DNA of 63,665 bases, counting the filler, from Octopus bimaculoides (lineage: Eukaryota), in the NCBI RefSeq assembly GCF_001194135.2. It is 5 parts of 5 records of this genome, joined end to end, with 100 filler letters (N's around TTAATTAATTAA, not from the genome) between each part and the next. Parts side by side here need not be neighbours in the genome. Positions count along the whole stretch, not along the records: positions 1 to 12,113 come from NC_068992.1; positions 12,214 to 31,347 come from NC_069007.1; 3 more parts are not named here. One strand, written 5' to 3'. The position numbers were made by a program, and so were the translations under genes. A model generated the notes under the pieces. It was not told where the DNA came from and searched no databases. It saw nothing but the letters and a program-made list of their open reading frames with translations. The number at the start of each line of letters is the position of its first letter. Positions within the stretch are counted from its first letter, which is position 1. This document shows, piece by piece, positions 1 through 13,000 of the stretch.

Positions 1-37
<37 letters not shown>

Positions 38-383
38 TTATTAGCACGCGCGAGTGCGTGTGTGTGTATTAATTAGTATATGTGTATGCACACGCGTGTA
101 CGCACGTTGATGTGTGTGTGCAAGTTTGCATGTGTGCATATATATCTCTACGATTTATGATGCAGATTGCTGACACCACAATCAAAAATATCAACTGTAA
201 AAATGAGAGCAGATGCGTACGCAGTAGGGGAGCGCAGCACAAAATGTGAGACCAGCAACTGGCACCCCTATCAGTGTTTAAGAGAGCCTAACTCTGATTA
301 GCTCTGTTCATCAAACTCAGTAAAGTTAGCTACATCAGAGTGATCATAATTCATCGCTGAGAGTGGCAACATTATGAAATTAA

Positions 384-1300
384 CCCATTGTCTGCCATGA
401 GCCTCATTTGGGGATCTGCTAAAGACAATATCACTGCTGGGTTGTTCGTTGTATTTAAAGTGTATTACTTACGTGTATTGCATTTGCAGAGCTGTGTTTA
501 ACAATATTTAGCTGTTAAAGTTAGTCATTATTAGCTCTGGCTAATTCTACAGGACATTTTATGTGATAAAACGCAATTTTTTGAACTACAAAAATATTGA
601 CTGTTTTGGAAACGTTTTTTTTTTTTTTGCATCTTCCATCTATATCATTCTCTTTTACTCTTTTACTTGTTTCAGTAATTTGACTGCGGCCATGCTGGAG
701 CACCGCCTTTAGTCGAGCAAATCGACCCCGGGACTTATTCTTTGGAAGCCTAGTACTTATTCTATCGGTCTCTTTTGCCGAACCGCTAAGTGACGGGGAC
801 ATAAACACACCAGCATCGGTTGTCAAGCAATGCTAGGGATACAAACATAGACACACAAACATACACACACACACACGTATATATATACGTATATACGACG
901 GGCTTTTTTCAGTTTCCGTCTACCAAATCCACTCACAAGGCTTTGATCGGCCCGAGGCTATAGTAGAAGACACTTGCCCAAGGTGCCACGCAGTGGGACT
1001 GAACCCGGAACCATGTGATTGGCAAAGCAAGCTACTTACCACACAGCCACTCATTCATTAATATTTCATACACATTCGCATTTGATACTATAGTTTCAAA
1101 AAACTAAAATGCTTATTAATGCAATTGAACAGAAAAGGATAAATATGCTTTTTTTATTATTATTATTTCAGTGATCCCCATTTGGGACATTTCGAAAAAT
1201 TTGTCATAATTTCCAAAATAATTCACATATGAAAAATATTTTTCCTAAGACACTAGGCAAAGCCAAAATATATGAATAAAAAAATTTGACAGTTAATGGG
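384..1300. mobile_element. piggyBac-like non-autonomous element with a nested SINE
   Basis: TTAA|CCCATT...AATGGG|TTAA termini; internal CATTTGGGA repeats at both ends. Confidence 0.65.
651..1052 (-). mobile_element. tRNA-derived SINE family A (CORE-like central segment), full length
   Basis: tRNA-like head, GGCACCTTGGGCAAGTG segment, internal CA/TA microsatellite, AAAAG-type tail; more than 12 copies in the window. Confidence 0.85.
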
Positions 1301-1856
1301 TTAATGAATGTTTCTCTTGGTATAAAGTCAAGTGAGCTGGTAGAATCGTTAGCACACCGGACAAAATGTTCAGAGAAATTTTGTCCATCTTTGTACGTTC
1401 TGAGTTCAAATTTCGCCAGGTCGACTTTGCTTTTATCTTTTCGGGGAGGACTGGGATCGATGTATTAGGTTTAACTCCCTCCCCCTAATTCACTGGCCTT
1501 GTGCCAAATTTTGAAACCAATACTGTAGCGAGTGTAGGGAGTTACTCAAAATAGGTCTGGTTCCTATACCGGTAGAGCTTAATTTCCCTTCTAATTAATA
1601 CCAATCATCATCCTCCTGAAAAGAAAAAGTATTCACGTTGGCAAAGATCGGAGATATAAAACGAATGTATGTATAATTCAGTAAAACAGCTTACGTTTAG
1701 ATATATATATAGTCGATGGGTATATATACGTATGTATATGAATATACATGTCCTGAGCTGTGTTGTGTTCTTGAACAAGACACGTATTTCCCGTGGCTCC
1801 AGTTCATTCAACAGTAGAAATGTGTTACATAGGGGACTACTTGAAATGTGAAGTAT

Positions 1857-1888
<32 letters not shown>

Positions 1889-1894
1889 ACACAC

Positions 1895-1953
<59 letters not shown>

Positions 1954-4900
1954 GATATAGATATATATATATATATATATAGATATATATATATAGATAT
2001 ATATACAAACACACACATACATATATTCATACACATACATACATTTGCATATACACACGTAAATATAGTAAACGCGCATATTAATACACATGTATACACA
2101 CACGTTTGTAAATACCTTCGAGTGCGTCTGTATGTACGTGTCAATGTGTTTAAGCATGCGTGCGTGCGTGCGTGCGTGCGTGCGTCCGTGCGTGCGTGCG
2201 TCCGTGCGTGCGTGCGCGTACGTGCATACGTGTTGGAATTCTCTCGACGAGCTGCACAGTGAAGATGGGTCTTTTAGTGTAACAGTTGATGTGCCGTTTT
2301 TATTAGAACTAAAGATATTAAATAAAAGTCTCTTCTCGGTTAAATGCAATTCAGAATCATGTTATTTGAGTTCAGAGACGTGTCTCTCTTCAGATCATCA
2401 ACAGAAAGACAACATTAATTCTATGAGTGAAGGCTCCTAATCTTTCGGTTGGCGAAGGTATATTGTTAATACAAAGATCCTTAAAAAGACAAACTCGGTT
2501 ACGAGTTAAACATTTGAAGATACTGCTGACGTCCTAAAGAGTTTAGTCGAACAAATCTACCCTGGTACTATTTTTATAAAGCTTGGTATTGATTCTATCG
2601 GTTTCTTTTGCCAAACCGCTAAGTTACAGGAATGTAAACAAGCCAACACCGCCTGTAAAGTGGTGAAAGATACTAGGCTTAAGAAAATAAGTCTTGGCAT
2701 CAATTTGTTCGACTAAAACCCTTCAAGGTGGTGCTCTAGCATGGCCGCAGTCAAATGACTGAAACAAATAAAACAATAAAAGAATATATATTCTTTACAT
2801 TGACTTCAGTTTCCGTCTACCAAAACCACTGACAAGGCTTTGGTCGGTCCGAGGTTGTGAGAGAAAACACTTGCCCAAGGTGCCACGCAGTGGGAATGAA
2901 CCCGGCACCATGTGGTTGGGAAGCAAACTTCTTACCACTTCTTAACCACAGCAACCATGCCTTTTCCCATATGTATGTATGTATGTATGTATGTATTTAA
3001 GTATGTATAAATGTATGTACGTAAGTATGTATGTACGTAGGTTTGTAGGTATGTACGTAAGTATGTACGTAAGTATGTACGTAGGTATGTATGTACGTAA
3101 GTATGTAAGAATGTAGGCGTGTATATACGTGAGTATGTATGCATGCATGTAAATACGTATGTGCATACGTAAGCATGTTTGTACGTAAGAAATCGTCTTT
3201 ACTTTCCTTTTGTAACACAAAAACATCCCATTACTTCCCATTATTTTCTTTTCTCGTAGCGCTCCGACATTCTATTTTCTCTTATTAAAACAGCTTTGTT
3301 TTCACTTAGAGGTTCTTGGTAAACCTGATATAGATGTCGAACATGCTGCTTTTCTCGTCGGCGAACATTTACAAAGTTTCTCAACAACTTTAAATAAATC
3401 TTTCTCAAATTAACGGTAAATAATGACGTGGGGGTAGCGGGAAGAAATACACACACAGAGAACTAAATATGGATCGCGTTTCGGCTTATTACCATAATCA
3501 ACTCCACCGTTGCTGAGGTGACTCTGAATAAATACATGCATACATGTGAGTATGTATAAATGGACGGACGTATATATANNNNNNNNNNNNNNNNNNNNNN
3601 NNNNNNNNNNNNNNNNNNNNNNNNNNNNNNNNNNNNNNNNNNNNNNNNNNNNNNNNNNNNNNNNNNNNNNNNNNNNNNNNNNNNNNNNNNNNNNNNNNNN
3701 NNNNNNNNNNNNNNNNNNNNNNNNNNNNNNNNNNNNNNNNNNNNNNNNNNNNNNNNNNNNNNNNNNNNNNNNNNNNNNNNNNNNNNNNNNNNNNNNNNNN
3801 NNNNNNNNNNNNNNNNNNNNNNNNNNNNNNNNNNNNNNNNNNNNNNNNNNNNNNNNNNNNNNNNNNNNNNNNNNNNNNNNNNNNNNNNNNNNNNNNNNNN
3901 NNNNNNNNNNNNNNNNNNNNNNNNNNNNNNNNNNNNNNNNNNNNNNNNNNNNNNNNNNNNNNNNNNNNNNNNNNNNNNNNNNNNNNNNNNNNNNNNNNNN
4001 NNNNNNNNNNNNNNNNNNNNNNNNNNNATATATATATATATATATATACACATATATATGTGTATGTGTATGTATTCATAGATACTAATATATACACGCA
4101 TATATACATATACACACACACATACGTATATATGTATGCTTGAAGGATATTTGTTCCTTTTATCAATTGTTATTAATGCTTATATATATATATGGATCAA
4201 TATAATTTGATTCTGGCGTGATGCTAGTCGTCAGCCAATTTTCATATGCATATAAACTCTCACCGTCACCGCTATCATCAGCACCAACGCAAAGACCATT
4301 TATACTAAAACCAATACAATTAATGCCATTATCAACTCATCACTTCTCATTGACCAATAAGAACAGCAACAATAATATGAACAATAAAACCAACTTCATC
4401 TGAAATAACAGAAAGCCATTTCAGGAGATAATGTGGAACCCTGATGTAATTTAATGTTGAATGTAAGGTCTTTGTATTTTGGTCAATAATATCTGTCTTG
4501 AAACTAAACAACTGCAACAATAGAATTAGTAGAAGAATATGACCACTGCCAACAACAACAATACCTCCATCATCGCTATCGGTATCATCACCGACATCAA
4601 GACCAATATACTCAACACTACCACCAATCCCCACTCAAACTTGTGAATAATCATCTGGCAACAATGATAATAGTTTCGGCATGATAATAATGCCTGTAGC
4701 TACCTATTCTGTATGTCAACGCAGCATGGAGTGAGTAGAGTGTGCAACTTTTTATGGTTCAAGTCAGAGATACAAGGAGAGAAGTGTCCTTGAACCTGAT
4801 ATATATTCAATTATAATCATGCAATGCTTCCTCCTACCTCCCACTTTCACTCCTTCGTCTCCTCATTTCCCTTCTTACATAGATGGGAATAAGAAAATAA

Positions 4901-5019
4901 TGTTTTATTCTCAAAAGACAGTTGGTTTTATTTTTGCTTACATATCTGTCGTAGATAATTGTTAATCGTCGCCGCTATTCGATTTGCCTACAATTGTAGA
5001 TGTCTCCAAGTAAGCCATC

Positions 5020-5660
5020 AAATTGAACTGAAAGTTGTGGTGAAGGAAAGAAGCAGCAAAAGGATTACAGTGAATATTAAACTTGATGTTTTAAAAAGGT
5101 TTGATACGAGAGAAGAAAATTCAGCGACATTGCTAAAACATGAAAGTTTGCAACGTCTACAGTGATAACAATACAGAGAAAATTAACTCAATTCCTCAAG
5201 AAGTGTCTCCGTCAACTGACAGGAACTCTTTTTGAAAAGTCTAATGTGATGCTTAAACCGGAACGGCTCTTGTATGCATGAATAAAAAATATACGGCCAC
5301 GCTGTGTTCCTAACTCTACAAGGTTTTCACAAGCAGAAATAAAGTCTGCGTCAAATTCAAAAACATATTGTGGTACTTGAAAATGATGTAGGATTTCAAG
5401 AAGTCATACATGATGATGTGGTTGAGTTTTTTTGTACCCCATTAAGACAGTCTATCTAACGAGGGGTTGTTCAATGAAAGGAGGCTGGAGATATCGGATA
5501 AAAATGCAGAAATTCCATCAACATCAAGTAAGTTGACTGCAAAGAATATTGCTAGTCGGTAACATCCGTAATCGTTTCAGTTTTACACTCGGAGCTGTAT
5601 AAGGAAATGATACGCCCTAAACATCAAACAATTTTGGATGAGTTCTTCGTCCTTCGGATA
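5020..5660 (+). mobile_element. Fossil Tigger/pogo transposase remnant lacking the DDE domain
   Basis: N-terminal RITVNIKLDVLKRFD..DIAK..STVITI (HTH) and ERLLYAxI; C-terminal GFQEVIHDDVVEFF and LYKEMIRPKHQTILDEFF; stops and frameshifts. Confidence 0.7.
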
Positions 5661-5843
5661 GACGTTGGTGATGATGGACTGTAAGATATAAGATACTGTT
5701 CTTTGTTCTTCTTCCTTCCAGTAACTTTCATGTCATCACTACACCTCAGACAGTAAGGAGTTTTTTGTAAGTACGTACCTTTCTACAATATTATGACTAT
5801 ATTACAATTCTTATTTATTCCTTAATGTTTCCAAATTTTACTT

Positions 5844-5879
<36 letters not shown>

Positions 5880-6550
5880 NNNNNNNNNNNNNNNNNNNNN
5901 NNNNNNNNNNNNNNNNNNNNNNNNNNNNNNNNNNNNNNNNNNNNNNNNNNNNNNNNNNNNNNNNNNNNNNNNNNNNNNNNNNNNNNNNNNNNNNNNNNNN
6001 NNNNNNNNNNNNNNNNNNNNNNNNNNNNNNNNNNNNNNNNNNNNNNNNNNNNNNNNNNNNNNNNNNNNNNNNNNNNNNNNNNNNNNNNNNNNNNNNNNNN
6101 NNNNNNNNNNNNNNNNNNNNNNNNNNNNNNNNNNNNNNNNNNNNNNNNNNNNNNNNNNNNNNNNNNNNNNNNNNNNNNNNNNNNNNNNNNNNNNNNNNNN
6201 NNNNNNNNNNNNNNNNNNNNNNNNNNNNNNNNNNNNNNNNNNNNNNNNNNNNNNNNNNNNNNNNNNNNNNNNNNNNNNNNNNNNNNNNNNNNNNNNNNNN
6301 NNNNNNNNNNNNNNNNNNNNNNNNNNNNNNNNNNNNNNNNNNNNNNNNNNNNNNNNNNNNNNNNNNNNGCCGTTCTTGTAGAGTCGTCAATGAAGACGAT
6401 TATGCTTTTTCGAACATATCCGCCGAAACGAATTGTCATTTTATAACATGAAAAGCAATGGGAATATTAATTTCGCGTTACGGCAGGCCTTTGATGGACG
6501 CATTACTCTCGTAATCCAAGGGATTCTAAACACACACACACATACACACA

Positions 6551-6583
<33 letters not shown>

Positions 6584-7168
6584 ACGTACGTCTGTATGGT
6601 TGGATGGATGGATGTATAAACTTTAATTGATTCTTTTATATTAGGCACTCGGCACCTTTTTTGAAAGTGAAGGCGGTATTACCGTCATTAGGGAACGGCC
6701 GGACCAGCTGTCACTCAACATCGAGCAAGTTAACTATCATGAAACGTTCGCCGGCAAATCATTTACTTGGAGACAGTTGAAGTTTTGCGAAACGGTGATG
6801 AGGAAGGGTGGAGTGATGTTTGAGTCTTGTCTACAAATTCGTGTCAATTGATAGAATTCATAGACCAATTGCATTTTTATTTCCATGACAACCGAAAATC
6901 CTTTCTCGGCTACTAGTATTTGGAGGAACGGGTTACAGTAATGTTGGAATAGTGGTACAGTAAAGTACACACCACGAGAATACTGTTTGGTTATTCTTTT
7001 ATTCTTTTATACGGTTCAGCCCGAAGGCTGTGGCCATCCTGGAGCACCACCAGTTTTTTACTGTTTTAATTTTTATTTGTTTCAGTCATTTTCATGTTTG
7101 ATATTTAGCTTTTCGATCTCTGATTATCGAACCACCATTATATATAGTTGAGGGTCCCATCACCCATC

Positions 7169-7223
<55 letters not shown>

Positions 7224-7379
7224 TGCTTGATGGTGTTTGAAGTCTTTAACTTCTTGACAGAGTCGTAGGTGGAAGCCGTCCTGATATACGGTTTGCCTCG
7301 GGTATTTTAAAGCTGGTGGAGTCCATCGCTTTCCAGGTTTGAAAACAACAGATGTCTTCCAGGATGAAAGTGTGAGAGG

Positions 7380-7462
<83 letters not shown>

Positions 7463-7492
7463 AGGGAGTGTGTGAAGAAGAAGAAGAAGAAG

Positions 7493-7524
<32 letters not shown>

Positions 7525-7764
7525 TCAACCCTTGTACATGACTGGTACTTTATTTATCGACTCCAGAAAGATGAAAGGCAAAATTGGTTAATCTATATTT
7601 CTAGAAGATGTTTATACCTTTGTCTATAATTCTTCCAACAATAGTCAGCGACCCCAACCCTCAGTATTCGACTGGTACTTATTCTATCGATAAGTCCTCT
7701 CCCCTACAATATTAAATTTTGTTGCTGTAATAGAAAGAATTATTGTTGATTAGCCTCAGAGTAG

Positions 7765-8420
7765 TGAATTGGCTTAATTGTTAGAGCGTCGGACAAAATG
7801 CTTAGTCGAACTGCTGACTTTTTACGTTCTGAGTTCAAATCATACTGAGGTCGACTTTGTCTTTCCTAATTTCGTGGTCGATAAAATAGATACTAGTTGA
7901 ACACTGTATTCGGTTAACCCTCAGCTCTAAAACTGCTGGTCTTATGCCAAAAATTGAAAGCCATTCACAGTAGGAAACTGGTAGAATCGTTAGCGCAGTG
8001 GGCAAAATGAGTAGCGAAAATTCTGTTGGCTCTTCACAGTCCATAGCTCAACTCCCGCTGAGGTCGATTTTGCCGTTCACTCTTTCGAGGTTAATAAAGT
8101 ACGTACCAGTTTTGCGCTGCTATCGATGTACTCAACTAAAACCATCACCCTAAAGTTGCTGGCCCTGTGTAAAACTTTCAAGCCATTATTAATCATTAGC
8201 CTAAGGCGGTGAGCTAGCGGAATCGTTAGCACACCGGACAAAATGTTTAGCGGCATTTCGTCCGTCGGTACGGACTGAATTCAAATTCCGCCGAAGTTGA
8301 CTTTGCCTTTCATCCTTTCGGGGTCGAGAAATTAAGCACCAGTGAAACACTGGGGTCAATGTAATCGACTTGTCTCCTCTCATAAACTTTCAGGCCTTGT
8401 GCCTATAGTAGAAAGAATTA
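7765..8420 (+). mobile_element. Three consecutive same-strand copies of SINE family B
   Basis: Heads at about 7765, 7972 and 8204; each has GAGTTCAAAT (B-box-like) and a TTTCATCCTTTCGGGGTCGA-type domain. Confidence 0.75.
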
Positions 8421-8569
8421 TTAACTCTTAGCCTACAGTTTAGGTCTGTTCCAGCAGAACCCCTGATCAAACGCGTTCCGCTTTCAACCATAACGAGATT
8501 AGCCTCTCCATTCTTCTTTCAGACAAATTCTTTAGTTCGTCCTGCAGAAATTGATTTGAGTGTATTTTA

Positions 8570-8801
8570 TTGGGTTGTCCGGAAAGTTCGTGCCGATTTT
8601 TAAAGGAAAGAAAATGGTCAATAAATACTTGCCATTACATTTGTAATCAACCAAATATGAACCATTTTGTTGCACAATACGTCTCCATCTTTCCTTTAAC
8701 TTGAAAATATCCTCTTCCCATATGAATTAAGGTGGTTTCATGGCAAATAAATCGAAAGGTAAGCTACTATAAATCAGCACGGACTCTCCGGACAACAAAA
8801 A
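8570..8801. mobile_element. mariner-type MITE
   Basis: ~30-bp TIR TTGGGTTGTCCGGAAAGTTCGTGCCGATTT with its imperfect complement; TA flanks. Confidence 0.75.
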
Positions 8802-9190
8802 TACTTCAATTTTGGTTTTTCGGAGTTCTTTTTTGTTTTTGCTTTTTTTTTTTTCGGGCAAAAGCTCACTCGATACCTGGCTGTTGCTGTTGTTATTGAG
8901 ACAGCTTTGATTATGAAATATTCTTGCATATAACATTAATAGAATTATTATTATGATATTCAATGAAGGTGGAGTGCAAGCATGCCTGCGTCATTAAGAA
9001 GTTTGATTCCAAGCTGTGTAGGTTTGGGTTCAATTTCACAACGTGCATGTTACAAAAATGTCTTACTGAGATGTAGCCTATACGGCTTACATACCTGTCT
9101 ATTTATCTGTCAATCTATCTATCATCTATCTATCCATTTATCTGTCGATTTATATATCATACCATTGCCACTAAGTCACGAGCACCCGTA

Positions 9191-9226
<36 letters not shown>

Positions 9227-9235
9227 CACATACGC

Positions 9236-9348
9236 GCATGTACTAATTCTATCGGTCTCTTTTGCCGAACTACTAATTTACGGTGCCCTAAACACACCGG
9301 CATCGGTTGTCAAGAGATGATGGGGGGACAAACAGACACACAAACACG

Positions 9349-9420
<72 letters not shown>

Positions 9421-9566
9421 ACGGGCTTCTTTCAGTTTCCGTCTACCACATTCACGCACAAGGCTTCGGCTCGAGGCTATAGTAGAAGACACTTGCCCAA
9501 GGTGCCACGCAGTGGAATTGAACCCGGAACAATACGGTTGGGAAGTAAGCTTCTTACCGCACAGCC
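9236..9566 (-). mobile_element. SINE family A
   Basis: Collinear with 651-1052. Confidence 0.8.
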
Positions 9567-9803
9567 TCTTCTATATATATTTTAGTTTTTATGTTATAAT
9601 GAAAACAAGTTTCTATTAAAGTGATGGATATATATACATATACATGTATATATGTATACGTACATACATATATCGATCGGTATCTAACTATCTATATATA
9701 TATATATGCATGTTTGTATGCATGTATGTATGTATCCATACGTACGTAAATATATCGAACACATTCAGAAAACGCATGCAGAATTCTTTCATTTCCACAT
9801 ACA

Positions 9804-9834
<31 letters not shown>

Positions 9835-9849
9835 TGTGTGTGTGTGTAT

Positions 9850-9880
<31 letters not shown>

Positions 9881-10999
9881 CGCGTTTGTATAAGCGTGAA
9901 TATCCATGCATATTTCGTTCTCGTCCTTGCGTTGCGTATTTTTGTTTTTCCTTTCACTCATATCAGATGTTAAACACATACTGTATGTTTATACATGCAC
10001 GTTTTCTAAACATATATACTAGATCATATACCTAAAATATATATACATACATGTGCGTATATATATATATATATATATATATNNNNNNNNNNNNNNNNNN
10101 NNNNNNNNNNNNNNNNNNNNNNNNNNNNNNNNNNNNNNNNNNNNNNNNNNNNNNNNNNNNNNNNNNNNNNNNNNNNNNNNNNNNNNNNNNNNNNNNNNNN
10201 NNNNNNNNNNNNNNNNNNNNNNNNNNNNNNNNNNNNNNNNNNNNNNNNNNNNNNNNNNNNNNNNNNNNNNNNNNNNNNNNNNNNNNNNNNNNNNNNNNNN
10301 NNNNNNNNNNNNNNNNNNNNNNNNNNNNNNNNNNNNNNNNNNNNNNNNNNNNNNNNNNNNNNNNNNNNNNNNNNNNNNNNNNNNNNNNNNNNNNNNNNNN
10401 NNNNNNNNNNNNNNNNNNNNNNNNNNNNNNNNNNNNNNNNNNNNNNNNNNNNNNNNNNNNNNNNNNNNNNNNNNNNNNNNNNNNNNNNNNNNNNNNNNNN
10501 NNNNNNNNNNNNNNNNNNNNNNNNNNNNNNNNNNNNNNNNNNNNNNNNNNNNNNNNNNNNNNNNNNNNNNNNNNNNNNNNNNNNNNNNNNNNNNNNNNNN
10601 NNNNNNNNNNNNNNNNNNNNNNNNNNNNNNNNNNNNNNNNNNNNNNNNNNNNNNNNNNNNNNNNNNNNNNNNNNNNNNNNNNNNNNNNNNNNNNNNNNNN
10701 NNNNNNNNNNNNNNNNNNNNNNNNNNNNNNNNNNNNNNNNNNNNNNNNNNNNNNNNNNNNNNNNNNNNNNNNNNNNNNNNNNNNNNNNNNNNNNNNNNNN
10801 NNNNNNNNNNNNNNNNNNNNNNNNNNNNNNNNNNNNNNNNNNNNNNNNNNNNNNNNNNNNNNNNNNNNNNNNNNNNNNNNNNNNNNNNNNNNNNNNNNNN
10901 NNNNNNNNNNNNNNNNNNNNNNNNNNNNNNNNNNNNNNNNNNNNNNNNNNNNNNNNNNNNNNNNNNNNNNNNNNNNNNNNNNNNNNNNNNNNNNNNNNN

Positions 11000-11033
<34 letters not shown>

Positions 11034-11568
11034 TGTGTGTGTGTAAATAATATATAAATATATGCATATATACATACATATATGTACATACCTACATATA
11101 TATGTATATATACATGCATATATAGGTACAGGCCATAAAAAAAACCTGGACACAATGAGAAACGAAAGCATAAAAACAAAAACGGACTTTTTATCGAACA
11201 ACGCAAAATACAAACAGAGAACCTTGACATGCAACATAACGAACATTCCCTTCATCAGTTGTCCCTGTTTCATCTACTCCGCATTTCGAAGGTAAGGACA
11301 ATACACGGCTTCGTTGAAACAGTCCTTCCCGGAAAGAAAATTAAATAAAATTTGGGATTTTTTGCGGAGGATCAAAGTAGTAACAAAAACAGGACAGTGA
11401 GAACAAGACAGTAAAAACAAATGGTGAGGGCTGTTAAGACAAGACGATGTACATATATATACATATATATTTTTCTATGTATATGGATTATATATACATA
11501 TGTGCAATTTTATATAATTTGTATAAGTATATATATTTATAAGTATATTAAACTACATATGCATATAT

Positions 11569-11626
<58 letters not shown>

Positions 11627-11628
11627 AT

Positions 11629-11671
<43 letters not shown>

Positions 11672-12060
11672 TGTATCTGTGTCTGTGTGTGTAAATATAC
11701 ATACAAACATATGATTGGTTTACAACAGATACATATATATGTATGCATAATTTAGTATAATTATATATATATATATATATATATATTACGGAGATGTACT
11801 TGCATAGCAATATGTGTATGTACATACTTATGTATGTAATTATGTACTTATATGTACGGATTTGCGTGTATATATTTATAAATAAAAAATGTTAAAGGTA
11901 CACACATATGTGTGCGTTTTATAATAAAAACCATTTTAATCAATCTGATGAGTTACTCACTGCTTATGTAGAGGACAAATTTATCATTTTTAAACTAGAA
12001 TGCATTTGACAGTGACCTCGAAAGTTCGATCAGGAATGCTCTTGTCGAACTCTATATGTC

Positions 12061-12113
<53 letters not shown>

Positions 12114-12213
12114 NNNNNNNNNNNNNNNNNNNNNNNNNNNNNNNNNNNNNNNNNNNNTTAATTAATTAANNNNNNNNNNNNNNNNNNNNNNNNNNNNNNN
12201 NNNNNNNNNNNNN
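12114..12213. other. Artificial scaffold-joining spacer (44N-TTAATTAATTAA-44N)
   Basis: Exact 100-bp format with a six-frame stop linker, repeated four times in the window. Confidence 0.93.
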
Positions 12214-12319
12214 TGAGGACCAACACCTCTGAAAATATAATGATTATTGATGTGTGACAAACAAAGTAAAATGGATCCTCACAACACCTCCTGATCTACA
12301 GCCTGTATCTTCTCTTGTT

Positions 12320-12560
12320 CCTTGACGGCTTGTTCTGGCACCTGTTCCTATCCTTGCTAACACCTTCAGGGTTTGCTCTGGTACCTGCCCCTATTCTCTC
12401 CTGCCCCTTGAGAGTTTCCTCTGACACCTACCCCTCTCGTCTCTTGCTCCCTCAGGGTTTTCTGTGGTACCTGCCCCTATTCTCTCCTGCACCTTGAGGG
12501 GTTTTCTCTGACATCTGCCCCTCTCATCTCTTGCTCACTGAGAGTTTGCTCCAGTACCCC
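12320..12560. repeat. 43-bp minisatellite with an 86-bp higher-order dimer
   Basis: CAGGGTTT recurs at 12367 and 12453; alternating A/B subunits. Confidence 0.75.
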
Positions 12561-12744
12561 ATCACTAATATCTTAAAGCTACTTCCATCCATCCTTATAT
12601 AATGCTAGGTACTCGTGTATCTTTTCTATAGCAAGACACTTGTGCTTTTCAGCACTCCCTTGTATTTATTTCCATCCAGGATACCTTTGTCTCTCATCTT
12701 ATAAAGCATTTCAGGATTTCAATGGAATTATAATAAAAAATTAC

Positions 12745-12945
12745 AGGGATGTACTTGCATAGCAAGTGACCTGATGTGAGAACGTGTACTGAAACAAAAA
12801 CAATTGCAGCGTAGAAGGTGTTTATAAGCCATTTTAAAAACACACAAAAACCGTTAGATTCATTTCAACATTTAAATTTAATTATTTGTCAAAGGATTTT
12901 CGTCGCTTTGAAACCGTGACCCGTTCACTGACAAAATTTCATGCT
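12745..12945 (-). mobile_element. Interspersed repeat, probable Penelope-like terminal repeat (third family)
   Basis: Terminal GATGTACTTGCATAGCAA also occurs at 11794-11811; carries a hammerhead-like motif. Confidence 0.45.
12885..12935 (-). ncRNA. Hammerhead-like motif with swapped G3:C8 core, degenerate
   Basis: 7-bp stem I UUUGUCA/UGACAAA; core GUGAACG; stem II GUCAC/GCGAC; GAAA-AUCC-UU. Confidence 0.4.
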
Positions 12946-13000
12946 GCATAATAAAAAAAAACCTAACTTTTCTTTGCGTGTTTCTTTGATAAAATAAGTT

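Noticed and set aside
4218-4634. ORFs of 61 and 95 aa
   Set aside because: Degenerate CAT/AAC triplet low-complexity sequence with no family motif or convincing splice sites.
11944-12035. CTGATGA...GAAA possible hammerhead
   Set aside because: A partial helix II (TCACTG/CAGTGA) exists, but no helix I can be formed in type I or type III topology.
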